NCBI RefSeq assembly: GCF_001194135.2 | Contig: NC_068983.1 | Location: 135,760,531 to 135,824,530 of the forward strand | DNA from: Octopus bimaculoides | Taxonomy: Eukaryota | Direction: 5' to 3' | Length of the DNA stretch: 64,000 nt | Part shown: positions 49,259-61,616 of the stretch, in pieces | Layout of the letters: each line of letters begins with the position of its first letter | Numbering within the stretch: the stretch's first letter is position 1 | The notes under the pieces: model-generated | Databases searched by the model: none | What the model was told of the DNA's origin: nothing | The model's input: only the letters and a program-made list of their open reading frames with translations | Translations under genes and position numbers: made by a program

Positions 49259-50201
49259 TTAGGTTGGCAACTAAGTTCCTGCCATCTTTTTAAATTAAAA
49301 TATTTTAAAAGGTTTAATAAAAAATAACAACTAATTAATCAATAATGTATTCACCCTTGTTGTTTACAACTTCTTCCCAAGGTTCAACAAGATTTTCAAT
49401 ACCTCATTGGTAGAAATCACCCAATTTTGACTCAAAAAATTGATCCAACCCAGCTCTCAATTCTGCATCAGTATTGAACGAAACTCTGCACATAGCATTT
49501 GAAAGAGATCGAAAGAGTTGGAAATCCATTGGTGCCAAATCTGGAGAGTATAGTGGGTTTGGCAATACTTCCCAGCCATGTGTTTGAATGGCTTCCTTGG
49601 TCATATTGGCGATATGAGGGCAAGCATTGTCATGCAGCAGAAGAACTCCATGCTGCCGATTAGGTCTTTTCTCTTGAATAACCGTTTAAGTCATTCCATC
49701 TGTTCAACATAGAGTTCCGCATTGACCGTTTGGTTCCATTCAAGCAATTCGTAATGGATAATTCTTTTCCAGTCCCACTATACTCACAACATCATTTTAC
49801 GCAGATGAAGATCTTGTTTCACACGCGGTATCGCTTGTTTACTGGGGCTAAGCCATTCCTTATGCTGCTTCATATTGATGTACAGGCACCATTTTTCGTC
49901 ACCAGTAATGATTTGGTAAAGAAATCGTTGCTTGTGTCCATGAGTTGAGCAGTGATGAGCAAGCAAACCAGTGGAGATTGTGGCTCGTTGATTTTTGTTG
50001 TTGCTTAAAGCATGCTCCATACTTCTGAACCTTTCCCACCAAGTAAAGATGCTTCTCTATAGCAGTGTGGGAGCATTCAATTTTCTCTGCCAGTTCCCTT
50101 GTTGTTTGACAAGAATTTTCATGCAAAAGTTGGTTTAATCGCTCTTCATCGAACTCAACTGGACGGCCAGAATGAGGTGCATCTTTGAGGTCAAAATTTC
50201 C
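49259..50201 (-). mobile_element. Second mariner element (different subfamily), decayed, cut by an N-gap
   Basis: TA|ttaggttggcaactaag terminus. Transposase remnants include IITGDEKW, YSPDLAPMDF and GEYIID*. Confidence 0.88.
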
Positions 50202-50632
50202 NNNNNNNNNNNNNNNNNNNNNNNNNNNNNNNNNNNNNNNNNNNNNNNNNNNNNNNNNNNNNNNNNNNNNNNNNNNNNNNNNNNNNNNNNNNNNNNNNNN
50301 NNNNNNNNNNNNNNNNNNNNNNNNNNNNNNNNNNNNNNNNNNNNNNNNNNNNNNNNNNNNNNNNNNNNNNNNNNNNNNNNNNNNNNNNNNNNNNNNNNNN
50401 NNNNNNNNNNNNNNNNNNNNNNNNNNNNNNNNNNNNNNNNNNNNNNNNNNNNNNNNNNNNNNNNNNNNNNNNNNNNNNNNNNNNNNNNNNNNNNNNNNNN
50501 NNNNNNNNNNNNNNNNNNNNNNNNNNNNNNNNNNNNNNNNNNNNNNNNNNNNNNNNNNNNNNNNNNNNNNNNNNNNNNNNNNNNNNNNNNNNNNNNNNNN
50601 NNNNNNNNNNNNNNNNNNNNNNNNNNNNNNNN

Positions 50633-50651
<19 letters not shown>

Positions 50652-50665
<14 letters not shown>

Positions 50666-50860
50666 GAATTTACAAAAAAACAAAAGACGAAGACGAGTGT
50701 GTAAACAACAAACAGGTGTATTAGTTAAACGCTTGGGAAGTGAGAGTTTTTTTATGTTTCGAGCCTACGCTCTTTGACAGAATGGAACACAGAAATAAGC
50801 AGAGAGAGGAAATAAGAAAGGTTTAGTGGCTAGTGATCTATCATGGCGAATGGCCACATG
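50652..50860. mobile_element. Unclassified interspersed repeat adjoining (TA)n
   Basis: Complex, relatively CpG-containing sequence starting directly after (TA)n at a contig edge. Family not established. Confidence 0.3.
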
Positions 50861-50899
50861 AAGAACCTGGATTCTCATTCCTAAGATATCTTTCGATGT

Positions 50900-50985
50900 T
50901 ATTACTATTATTATTCAGGTGACTGCTTGGAATCGAACTAGGAATCTTGGGGTTAGTAGACTGTGCTCTTAACCACTATGCCCCC
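50900..50985 (-). mobile_element. Short tRNA-like SINE head with an (AAT)-like tail
   Basis: ggcatagtggttaagagcacag...ctagttcgattccaagcagtcacctgaataataatagt; A/B-box-like. Confidence 0.55.
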
Positions 50986-51055
50986 CCCCCATATATATAN
51001 NNNNNNNNNTAACCACTATGCCCCCCCCCCATATATATATATATATATATATGCA

Positions 51056-51744
51056 GATGTGTTGTGCAAGAGACAACTGCAATAGTATGGTCATGTAATG
51101 TGTATGGATGAAGATAGTTGTGTTAAGAAGTACCAATTTCTAACTGTGGAGAGAACCTGTGGTAGAGATAGACCCAGGAAGACATGAGACGAGGTGGTGA
51201 AGCATGATCTTCAAACTTTTGGTCTCACAGTGGCAATGACTAGTGACTGAGACCTTTAGCAATATGTCATACTTGAGGAGAACCATCAAGCCAAGTGAAA
51301 TCATAGTTATGTCCAATGCTAGTGTCACATAACTGGCACCTGTGCTGGTGGCACATAAAAAGCACCTTTTGAGCATTAGGCCTCTTGGAAGCAATGTGAC
51401 CAATGCCGGTGGCATGTAAAATGCACCTTTCAAGCATGGGGCCTCATGGAGGCAATGACAAATGACCGAGACCTTTGGCAATATGCCATGCTTGAGAAGA
51501 AGACTTATCAAGCCAAATGAAATTGTAGTTGTGGAAGTGGCATGTAAAAGCACCATTACACTCTCAGAATGGTTGGCATGAGCAAGGGCATTTAGCTGTA
51601 GAAACTATGCCAAATCAGACTGGAGTCTGGTGCAACCCCTAAGCTTACCAGCCCTAGTCAAACTGTCCAACCCATACCAGCATGGAGAACAGACATTAAA
51701 TGATAATAATGATGATGATGATGACGACGACGATGGTGATGATG

Positions 51745-51745
<1 letters not shown>
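51056..51745 (+). mobile_element. Degenerate RTE LINE 3' portion with (GAT)n tail
   Basis: Homologous to 14030-14992. Confidence 0.8.
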
Positions 51746-51777
<32 letters not shown>

Positions 51778-51982
51778 AGAGCAGTCAAAATATTTCTTTC
51801 CATAATAGCTACATCTGATGAGTGCAGGGTTACATAACCAGTTCACTGAATCCCTAGCGCAAAGCTGATTGGTAAGATAGGCTGTAATGGCTATATAATA
51901 CTGTACACTTCGGATAATATACCCACTCAGTTGACAGCTATATGAGTGCATTTTTTCCTTGACTTACGTACTCTTAGATGAC

Positions 51983-52028
<46 letters not shown>

Positions 52029-52029
52029 T

Positions 52030-52429
52030 GGTGCAGGAGTGGCTGTGTGGCAAATAGCTTGCTTACTAACCACATAGTTCCAGGCTCAGTCCCACTGCAT
52101 GGTACCTTGGGCAAGTGTCTTCCACAATAGCTTTGGCTGACAAAAGCCTTGTGAGTGGATTTGGTAGACGGAAACTGTAAAAAGCCTGTCATATATATGT
52201 GTGTGTGTGTGTGTTTGTATGTTTGTGTGTCTGTTTGTCCCCACAACATTGCTTGACAACTGATGCAGGTGCATTTACATCCCTGTAACTTAGCAGTTCA
52301 GCAAAAGAGACCAATAGAATAAGCACTAAGCTTACAAAGAATGAGTCCTGGGGTTGCTTTGCTCAACTAAAGGCGGTGCTCCAGCATGACTGCAGTCAAA
52401 TGACTGAAACAAGTAAAAGAGTGAAGGAG

Positions 52430-52431
<2 letters not shown>
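52030..52431 (+). mobile_element. tRNA-derived SINE family A copy
   Basis: Reverse-complement homologue of 5614-6024. Confidence 0.88.
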
Positions 52432-52505
<74 letters not shown>

Positions 52506-52787
52506 CAAGGTGATGATACATGATACATTGATATATTGGCAACAAGAAGAGCAAATCTTGCTTCTGATAAGTTCCTGTTCTACATGTTAGCATGAATGAA
52601 TGAATATACATACATAAATTTATAGATATGTGCCTCATACACACTTTTAAAAGGTTGGTAGGAAGGGCATTTTCCTTTCGAATTCGTGATTTTGTATTAA
52701 TTTAACAAATCTTTATTCCCCTCATTACATTAGAGTAAAACATTTTTATTTTTCTTTAAAGCCTTCACTTTCTTACTTCAATCACAG

Positions 52788-52923
52788 GTTGATCGAGGCT
52801 TATTAAACATAATGGATGACTGCTTCATTAAACCTGAACCATTAGGTGTTGTTTTAATAATGGGCGCTTGGAACTATCCCTTCCAGCTGTGCATCCTACC
52901 TTTGATCGGAGCCATAGCTGCAG
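52788..52923 (+). CDS. ALDH3: ALDH3-like paralog B, WNYP exon (136 nt)
   Basis: cacag|GTT...GCA G|gtgagt. Translates [45 protein letters not shown]. Confidence 0.96.
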
Positions 52924-53165
52924 GTGAGTATTCACAAACTTATGGCTTAATTCAGTTATGCAGTTATGCAAAAAAAAAAAAGAATAAATAAATAAAAACC
53001 AAAAAAAAAAAAAGAATCAAACAAACCAAACAAAAACTGAATCTGTAGACAATTATTTAGAATTTCTTTACAGTGGCTTATTATTTTTTTTATCTGTTTG
53101 CAACTATGTACATATCTGTATGCATAAATATATTCTGTACTTTTCTTTGAAATTATAATTGGTAG

Positions 53166-53251
53166 GTAACTGTGCTGTGGTGAAACCGTCAGAGTTGGCA
53201 CCTCATTCTGCTGAAGTAATAACAAGAATCCTACGCAATTATCTGGATTCA
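53166..53251 (+). CDS. ALDH3: ALDH3-like paralog B, KPSE exon (86 nt)
   Basis: ggtag|GT AAC...TCA|gtaagg. Translates (G)NCAVVKPSELAPHSAEVITRILRNYLDS. Confidence 0.95.
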
Positions 53252-53396
53252 GTAAGGAAGACTTTTGATATATTTTACAGTAGTTATTCTCAAATATCAT
53301 TTTAATATTATTTTACATACTTTCTAGCTATGTGTGTATGTGTGTATGTGTGTGCACACACATGTACATATGTAAGGGAGCCCTTTCACTCACTCA

Positions 53397-53430
<34 letters not shown>

Positions 53431-53496
53431 GATATAGTTTTCTCATTGTAGAAGTTGAACTTCTTTGAGTTCAATAAACACAGATAAAAGCTTCTA

Positions 53497-53932
53497 ATGT
53501 ATTAAAATACAGTGATAGAATATTTGACAATGATAAGAAAATGTTAAGAGAGGCTTTGTGTTTAAACAGTTTACATAAAAGCATTCAAAATAGGCAGTAA
53601 AATAAGTTCATAATTGTTTATAAGTTCATCAGAAATCATAATTGGAGATGAAGAAAAAAGGTTGGTCATTCCTCTAAAATCCTTATAAACAATTATGATT
53701 TCTGATAAACTTTTGATAAAGCAATACACGCTTTCTTCCTTCAAATACTGTCAACAAATTCTTTCTGTATATATGCTTATAAGCAATTATGATTTCTGAT
53801 GAACTTATAAACAATTATGAACTTATTTTACTGCCTATTTTGAATGCTTTTATGTAAACTGTTTAAGCACAAAGCCTCTCTTAACATTTTTCTTATCATT
53901 GTCAAAGACTCTATCACTGTATTTTAATACAT
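53497..53932. repeat. Near-perfect long inverted repeat: arms of about 148 bp (53497-53644, 53784-53932), 139-nt spacer
   Basis: Hand alignment shows 3 substitutions and 1 indel. The spacer holds a third partial copy of the inner arm end. Confidence 0.93.
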
Positions 53933-54019
53933 CTATGTTCACTAATTTTTAACACAACAAAGGCTACACAAAGCCTTACACTTTACTTTTGAAAAAGAAA
54001 AAAAGACTCACATATTGAG

Positions 54020-54520
54020 CACAGATTGGCAATGCCTGTGCAGAGTTTTAGGTCCAATAAGGCTTGCACAACACCTCATAGACCCTCTCCACTTTATTAA
54101 CATTATCCAGAGACAAGCCGGAGCAAGATGTCTGGTGCCAATATGAGTCGCAGGCTCAGGGATGTGGGAGCACCGTGATCTCTAGCACAAACCAAAGATC
54201 CCCAAAATGTCCAATGCCATTCCCTGCATATCTGGTTTTATATCAGAGTTACCTTCTCCTAGAGACATGCTTCAACAAAAGCTGAGGGGCGCCTCACTCC
54301 CAGTGGTCTTTCAGCACGCCGGACACTATCCCGGAATTTCTGCGTACCCGTGCTATTGCTAGATAGCCATTGAGCCTGCACTAGGTCCATCCGAGCTTTC
54401 AACTGGTCTTGATTTTAATCCTGCTGTGTTTCTAGCAACCCTCCTCACCAGGGTAGCCTGGTGGGGGTGCCAGTTTAGTCGCCGGCAACCCGACCATGCA
54501 ACATGTTGTACTGGATTACA
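54020..54520. mobile_element. GC-rich unclassified segment, possibly a LINE 5' UTR remnant
   Basis: Abrupt rise in GC and CpG content inside an AT-rich intron; no ORF with recognisable motifs. Confidence 0.3.
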
Positions 54521-55537
54521 TGTTACCAGTAGCACTTATGAGAGCCTCATACGTGACCTGACACAAAGCCTCATACGTGACCTGTATGTATTAACCTTAC
54601 TCATTAGTTTAACCACAAATCATGATGGAAAACTTTTGTTCTGTCACTGCTTCAAATTTGGTGGTGGGTGAACTGAAATAACACCGTACACCTCACAGTG
54701 TATTGTATCATAATATGGTACCAGGCATATTGTAGGATAATGGGAGAATGGCAAAAAATTAATGGTGAAGGTTGTGTGACAGCTTTGACAGCATGGTCGC
54801 ATGTTCTCATGGTGAGAAGTTATGCGTTTAAATTAATTTAAAATTCCCAAACTAAAACCATTGTTTTTTACAATAATTTTTTCTTGCAATATCATTATAT
54901 AACTTTGATCTTAATTTGTTTCCAAAACTAATAATAAAGTGCCTCATTGTACAATGAGGTTATTGAACACTTTACATCTCAAAGAAAAAGAATAGAACTT
55001 GCATATAAGTAATTTAAGCAAGTAAAATTATATGGTTTCTTATTTTTCAGTGTGGGTGCATAAGAAAATTATGGCTTATTTTAGAATGCTTGCAATTTAT
55101 AGGGTATTATTTATTCTATTTACTTTTGTGCCATATAACTGTATCCCAATTGAATTAAGTTTATATTATTTACATTTTGGCTCCCGCATTTTGAATAGAA
55201 ATACACAGTTTGTATGCCTAATTTGAGTAATATTAATGTTATTCAGTGTGGCAGCACACCCACTGACAACAACTCCATATGCCACTGATCAGTAACAGCT
55301 AATACAAGTCCATACAGAATAACAAAAAAAAACAAAAAAAGGGAAGAATGTTGGAGCATTGAACAAAAATTTCTTGTGGTATTTACATATTGCAAAGAAT
55401 TATATTTTTAGACTTGAAAATTGTCATACATATATTTTTATAGCACTTTTAGAAACATATATAATTCTTCTAACAACTATAGTCTGCTAATTTTTCTATC
55501 ACATCACACATATATCACTTTTATACTCTTTCATTAG

Positions 55538-55701
55538 GACTGCATTAAAGTCTACAATGGAGGAATTTCAGAAACTCAGGAACTTTTACAAGAAAGATTT
55601 GATCATATATTCTACACTGGTAGTAGTCGAGTTGGTAAAATTATCATGAAAAGTGCAGCAGAACATCTAACCCCTGTTACTTTAGAACTGGGTGGTAAAT
55701 G
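55538..55701 (+). CDS. ALDH3: ALDH3-like paralog B, Rossmann/ELGG exon (164 nt)
   Basis: cattag|GAC...AAA TG|gtaaga. Translates [54 protein letters not shown], with canonical FYTGS and ELGGK. Confidence 0.97.
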
Positions 55702-55843
55702 GTAAGATTTTTCTGAAAACAAATTTTTAAGCATTATTATTTTCATCCTTCTTTATTGTTTTCAGCAATAAATGTGCATCATCATCATCATCATCGTCGT
55801 CGTCGTCGTCGTCGTCATTGTCGTCATCATCATCATCCTTTAA

Positions 55844-56061
55844 TCCTTTTGTTACTGTATTTATTTTGAGTTGCTGTGTTTCTTTCAATTACTTTAAATA
55901 TAACAAAGAATTTAGTAAAATAACTTTGTTATCATTCAGCTAGTGTTAGGAACATAAATTATGACTAAGGTTTGGTGGAAGATTTTAATTCAAAATTTAT
56001 GAAAACATGACATTTGTACTCAGAGCCAGAGCTGGTTTCAGCTGGGTTGGTAACAAAAGGG
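55844..56061. mobile_element. piggyBac-type MITE inserted into the TTAA of a minus-strand RTE 3' tail
   Basis: TTAA|tccttttgttac...gtaacaaaaggg|TTAA. Left flank is (CAT)n; right flank is ttttccatgctggcatg (continuation of the RTE tail). Confidence 0.8.
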
Positions 56062-56562
56062 TTAAAGTTCATTTTCCATGCTGGCATGTGTTGGACTGTT
56101 TGGCAAGCTGGAAAGCTTCACCAGGTTTCAGTCATGTGTTTTGGCTTGGTTTCTAAGGCTGGAGGTCTTTCGTAATTCCAAATATAGATATTCGTATATA
56201 CACACATCATCATCATTTAGCAGGAATGGTATGGTGTCTACATTATAAGAATTTTTGCCCAGAAACTTTGAGAGGTATGAAATTAATCATTTTATCAGTG
56301 TAACTTGAAGTAGATAAAACTATGAGTAATTTCTCATTAGTAACAAAAAAGCTTCTAAAATGTATAAAGAAAATTCAAAGGGTTGGTATAAACTCACATC
56401 TGTTGTGTTCATAGAAGATGTGAATTTGAGTCGCAATGGGCAGCCTTTGGCATTTTTTTTCTATCCAAGATTTTTTTAAATCTAATATTCTACATGCTAT
56501 TATATAAAGCTTTATCTACTTCGAGTTCCAGCATTAAAACAATATATATCAATATATATCAA

Positions 56563-56722
56563 TATATATTTGATAAATAAATTCAAAAAAGGATAAAACT
56601 CTTTTACAAGAATTTTATCAAGAAGCCAGTGTGTAAAAAAAAATGTTTTTACACACTGGCTTCTTGATAAAATTCTTGTAAAAGAGTTTTATCCTTTTTT
56701 GAATTTATTTATCAAATATATA
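56563..56722. repeat. Perfect 77-bp inverted repeat with a 6-nt loop
   Basis: 56563-56639 is the exact reverse complement of 56646-56722. Confidence 0.9.
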
Positions 56723-57275
56723 CACGGAATACATTCAATGTTGAATTTTTCATTCCTGTCTCCACATGGGTACCCAAAAAAACAACCCGGAAGTATTTCC
56801 CGCTTCTTTGATGAAGATATATACAGATAAACTTCATTCCCTTTACTCTGTCGGATACGTAGTTGTTCGGTTTTGGTGAGGTGAGAATTNNNNNNNNNNN
56901 NNNNNNNNNNNNNNNNNNNNNNNNNNNNNNNNNNNNNNNNNNNNNNNNNNNNNNNNNNNNNNNNNNNNNNNNNNNNNNNNNNNNNNNNNNNNNNNNNNNN
57001 NNNNNNNNNNNNNNNNNNNNNNNNNNNNNNNNNNNNNNNNNNNNNNNNNNNNNNNNNNNNNNNNNNNNNNNNNNNNNNNNNNNNNNNNNNNNNNNNNNNN
57101 NNNNNNNNNNNNNNNNNNNNNNNNNNNNNNNNNNNNNNNNNNNNNNNNNNNNNNNNNNNNNNNNNNNNNNNNNNNNNNNNNNNNNNNNNNNNNNNNNNNN
57201 NNNNNNNNNNNNNNNNNNNNNNNNNNNNNNNNNNNNNNNNNNNNNNNNNNNNNNNNNNNNNNNNNNNNNNNNNNN

Positions 57276-57652
57276 AGGTGTGGCTGTGTGGTAAGAAGCT
57301 TACCTGGAACCCCATGGTTCCAGGTTCAGTCCCACTGCATGGCACCTTGGGCAAGCATCTCCAACTAAAGCCTCAGACTGACCAAAGCTTTGTGAGTGGA
57401 TTTGGTAGACATAAACTGAAAGAAGACCATTGTGTGTGTGTGTGTGTGTGTGTGTCTATTATAGCCCCCAGCAATGTTGGTTTGTTTACACCCCCCCCTC
57501 GAAACTTTGCAGTTCAGCAAAAAGAGGCCAATAGAATAAGTACCAGGCTTCAAAAAATGTACTGGGGTCAATTCATTTGACTAAAAATTCTTCAAGGCAG
57601 TGCCCCAGCATGGCTGCAGTCTAATGATTGAAACAAGTAAGAGATAAAAGAT
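57276..57652 (+). mobile_element. tRNA-derived SINE family A variant
   Basis: Family A head and a diverged 3' body ending aacaagtaagagataaaaga. Confidence 0.8.
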
Positions 57653-58079
57653 ATATATATATGTGAATGTGTAAAGTAATTTCAGCAGAATTTGCACAGA
57701 GAAGTAGCATGAAGAGTGAGATAAAAGCTAAAGTAAAATAAATGATAGTTTGAAATAATGTGTCTGATTGTATGAAAGATTATGATGATACATTTCATCC
57801 TCCTGTTATTGTTATTCTCTCAGTGAACGGAGGCCATGAATATTAAGTATCAGGCCAAGGTTAGCATCTTGAGCATAACAGGTCAGTAAGTAACCTTCAT
57901 TACTAGTTGGGTATTAGTAATTTGATCTGTTCAGTTAACTGAATTATCTTTAATCATTGCTTAATCTCTGAATCACTTGACTTGCTTATTTCTGCTGTAT
58001 CAGGAATAAAGCAGCAAGTATATTTACTGATTTAGAAGGTAGTGGAATAGCAGAAATTCTAACCAGCAGCGGTACTTGG

Positions 58080-58215
58080 CCTTGCTCACGTTTCCTCATC
58101 GATATCATCATCATCATCATCATCATTGTTGTCATCGTCGATGTCATCATTGTCATCATCATCATCATTGTTGTTGTTGTCATCATCATCATCATCATTG
58201 TAGTAATCATCATCC
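58080..58215. repeat. (CAT)n-type degenerate microsatellite
   Basis: Direct inspection. Confidence 0.85.
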
Positions 58216-58431
58216 TATGAACCCTGATGGAACAGCTTCATGCTAGGAGATGATGAGTAAAAGTGTGAAAGAAGGACCTGAATGAAATAGGTTCCTTGCT
58301 GCAAATAAGCTGCATGACAACTCACATTTTATAAAAGAGACAGGGTGTAATTGGATGGAGCTGGAAAGAGAAATTGTTATTTATTGTTACCGAAAATAGT
58401 GACTATCACATGAATTAGAGATGTCTGTGAC

Positions 58432-58512
58432 ACATACATACATACATACATACATACATACATGCATACATACATACATACATACATACATACATACATA
58501 CATACATACATA
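58432..58512. repeat. (TACA)n microsatellite
   Basis: Direct inspection. Confidence 0.95.
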
Positions 58513-59871
58513 CTATATTTTTGGGTCAAAAGTCTTGAGCTGGTTGAGAAATGTAGATTCACTCAGAATTGTAGCATTGAAGTCATTCAGAAGATGGTTT
58601 GAGTTGAGCTTCATAAAAATGCACAATGATACAAGCAAATGCAGAGCTTAAAATAAAAATTTACTTTACATTTTTTTCAGAAATTTTCTTGGAAAATATA
58701 CTTTTTTTTTTCAAGATACTGTCCTTGTATATGAAATTACTCTAAATGGGTTACTTTTCTGATTGGTAACTTTTTCCAAAATATATTTCTGTGCTTGGTG
58801 ACACAATAATTTTAGTTTTTCTGTCAGAAACTAAAAAGAACACAGTTCAATAAATATTGCATAACCCATGAGCTTTTCCTTGAAAAGGTATGTCCTTATG
58901 AAAAATTCCAGCTACATACATGCAAACTGTAGCTCACAACTTAGAACATTCATGCATATATTTACTTTATATATGAAAAAAATTTACAATCAAAACTCCT
59001 CCCGTGCTCTTTCTGAGAGTCGTAGATCATGTTTTGTATTCTTTTACTGCAATTATTTCCTTTTTTTGTCAAAGGAAGAAGTGCAGTTGACGTAGTCCTC
59101 TCAGACAGGTGAGGAATAATGTTGAGCTTGAACTTTTGCAGATCAAAGAGAAAACATTGACAGGGAAGGAGTCAAATTATTACTAATGCATTTTTGTATT
59201 GATCAAGGCATATAACTCTACTTGATCTTATTTGCTATTTTAAACACAATATACAATTTTGTATTTTTGAATGAAATCTCTTTTTTCACTATGGCTGATA
59301 CTTAATAATTGATAATTATATGTAATTTATGATTAAAATACTGATAATTGATGCTTGATAATTAATATAGACACAGTCACTCTCTTCTCATTGCAAAACA
59401 AAAGGTTTATGCATTATTATGCATCCTTCTTCACTCATTTTGTTTAACACAAACTACCTTGTGTTTTGTGAGTAAATCTATCAATTTTCCTTTTCTAAGC
59501 AAAAGCAGTAGAGTTTCGAAATAAAAGTTTTACAGTTTCTAGTTCCTTCTCTTGATGTTCTGTATTCAAATCTCATCACAGTCAACTTTGCTTTTTATCC
59601 CATGGTGATTAATTAGTATCAGTAATATACTGAGGTTGAGTCAATCAACTATAGTCCTCTCTTTCCAAACTGGCTTAGTAACAAAAACAGAACCCGTTAT
59701 CAGCACCATATCATTGCCAAATACTGGGTCATTGTATTCACTTGTACTAAATAGTTTTGACTACACTGAAATCTCATGGGATAAAAGCAAAAGTTTATGT
59801 GCAAAAGTTCAAAGCATTGCAAATAAGAGGTGGGTGACTGTTGTATCAAGCAACTGACCAAAATAATCTTA

Positions 59872-59978
59872 CCTTCTCCAGACCTTTATTACTTGTATTT
59901 CTTCTCCAGACCCTTATTACCTGTATTTCTTCTCCAGACCCTTATTACCTGTATTTCTTCTCCATACCTTTATTACCT
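59872..59978. repeat. 29-bp minisatellite, about 3.7 units (cttctccagacccttattacctgtattt)
   Basis: Direct inspection. Confidence 0.85.
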
Positions 59979-59987
59979 AACTGTCTC

Positions 59988-60295
59988 CCATGTCGGTGGC
60001 ACATAAAAAGCACCATCCAACTGCGGTTGATGCCAGTGCCCCCTGACTTGCTCCTGTGCTGGTGGCATGTAAAAAGCACTATCTGAATGTGATTGCTGCC
60101 AGGGCTGCCTGACAGCTCCTGTGCCAGTGGCACGTAAAAAGCACCCACTACATTCTCAGAGTGGTTGGTGTGAGGAAGAGCATCCAGCTGTAGTAAACAT
60201 TGCCAGATGAGATTGGAGCCTGGTGCAACTGCTGGCTTTCCAGACCTCAGTCAAACTGTCCAACCTATGCCAGCATGGAAAACGGGCATTAAACA

Positions 60296-60326
<31 letters not shown>

Positions 60327-60327
60327 C
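59988..60327 (+). mobile_element. RTE-family 3' end with (GAT)n tail
   Basis: Homologous to 46790-47123. Confidence 0.85.
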
Positions 60328-60579
60328 GATTTCTCTCTGCCAAACATTTATTACAGATTATTTTATTGTCCTGGCTCTTATCATCTTCAAGACCTTATAC
60401 TCTATATTACTCCCTTCCACTCTCGCCACTTACCATCATTATCTAAATTACGGAAAACCCTTGCTGCTTGTATTCTTTTTATCCAGTTACTTATTACAAG
60501 TATTTTTTTCCCTCCTGATCATTATTAACTATGATGTTCTACTCCAATACTTCATGCTAGTCATTTTTCTATTTTTCAG

Positions 60580-60706
60580 CCCAGCTTATATTGATGATGA
60601 TTGTAACCTACAGAATGTAGCAAATCGTATTCTTTGGGGGAAGACTGTTAACTGTGGCCAGATATGTATTGCACCAGACTATGTGATGTGTTCAAAGGAA
60701 CTACAG
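60580..60706 (+). CDS. ALDH3: ALDH3-like paralog B, catalytic-Cys exon (127 nt)
   Basis: ttcag|C CCA...CAG|gtacaa. Translates [42 protein letters not shown], with the Cys codon at 60665-60667. NCGQxCIAPDY resembles fatty aldehyde dehydrogenase (ALDH3A2 type). Confidence 0.97.
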
Positions 60707-61174
60707 GTACAATTATTTGTATTAGCATTCTAACATAACACCACGTGGAATTTAAGGAATACTTTCCAAAATATTATTTGTCATTGCTGTTGTTCATTTC
60801 ATGCCAATCCTAAAACATAAAACTCATGATTAAATGTATTCCAGATATGACCATCTTGTCTTTGTTTCTGGCATACTTTATCTAGAACTATCTTAACAAT
60901 TGTCTCTTTCCTTTTTTATATTATTGTAGGGATTTGAAAGATTTAACTCCTTTTTCTAACAACTTTAATGAGCTTATAGAGACTTCCCCATTGGTTGACA
61001 TTTGTATATATATTCTTGTTTTGTCCCCAAATTGATTTATCAACTATTTACAGAATGAATTGGATGCTTTATGTGGCACCAGAACTGTTGGATCTACTTT
61101 GTAGCTCGTAAGGTGAAAGAGAGCACTTTTGATGGATGGAACAAATTTATTATTATGAGAGAATGGTGTATATA

Positions 61175-61221
<47 letters not shown>

Positions 61222-61359
61222 ATGTGCATACACATATGTCTGTGTGCATGTGTCTATATATGTATGTATTCTTGCCCATTTACATACACTGCCTGCAATG
61301 AATTGCAATGTTCTGTTATTTTTACTATATTAAAATTAATTGATAAAGATAATAGTTCT

Positions 61360-61565
61360 TCTTTCTAATTTTGGCACAAGGCCAGAAATGCTGAGGAGAG
61401 AATCAATTACACTGACCTCAGTACTTCACTGGTACTTTATTTTATTGACTTCAAAAAGATGAAAGGCAAAGTTACCCTCAATGAGATTTGAACTCACATA
61501 AAGAGTCAGAAAAACTGTCACTAAGCATTTGATCTGGCTTGCTAGCAATTCTGCCAGCTCACTAT
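61360..61565 (-). mobile_element. SINE family B copy, about 50 nt upstream of the exon 61617 acceptor
   Basis: Homologous to 11410-11628. Confidence 0.75.
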
Positions 61566-61616
61566 CCTCCTCCTCCTCCTAAAAACAGGAATTGACTGTG
61601 GTATTCTTCCTTGCAG

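Noticed and set aside
50900-50985. tRNA gene
   Set aside because: It has A/B-box-like motifs but no convincing acceptor stem, and carries an AAT-like tail, so it is better explained as a SINE head or tRNA pseudogene.
50970-51039. 30-bp direct repeat that looks like a target-site duplication
   Set aside because: The two copies flank a 10-N gap exactly, so they are overlapping contig ends (assembly artefact).
59872-59978. Regular 29-bp repeats as a CRISPR-like or regulatory array
   Set aside because: Head-to-tail units with no unique spacers; an ordinary minisatellite.
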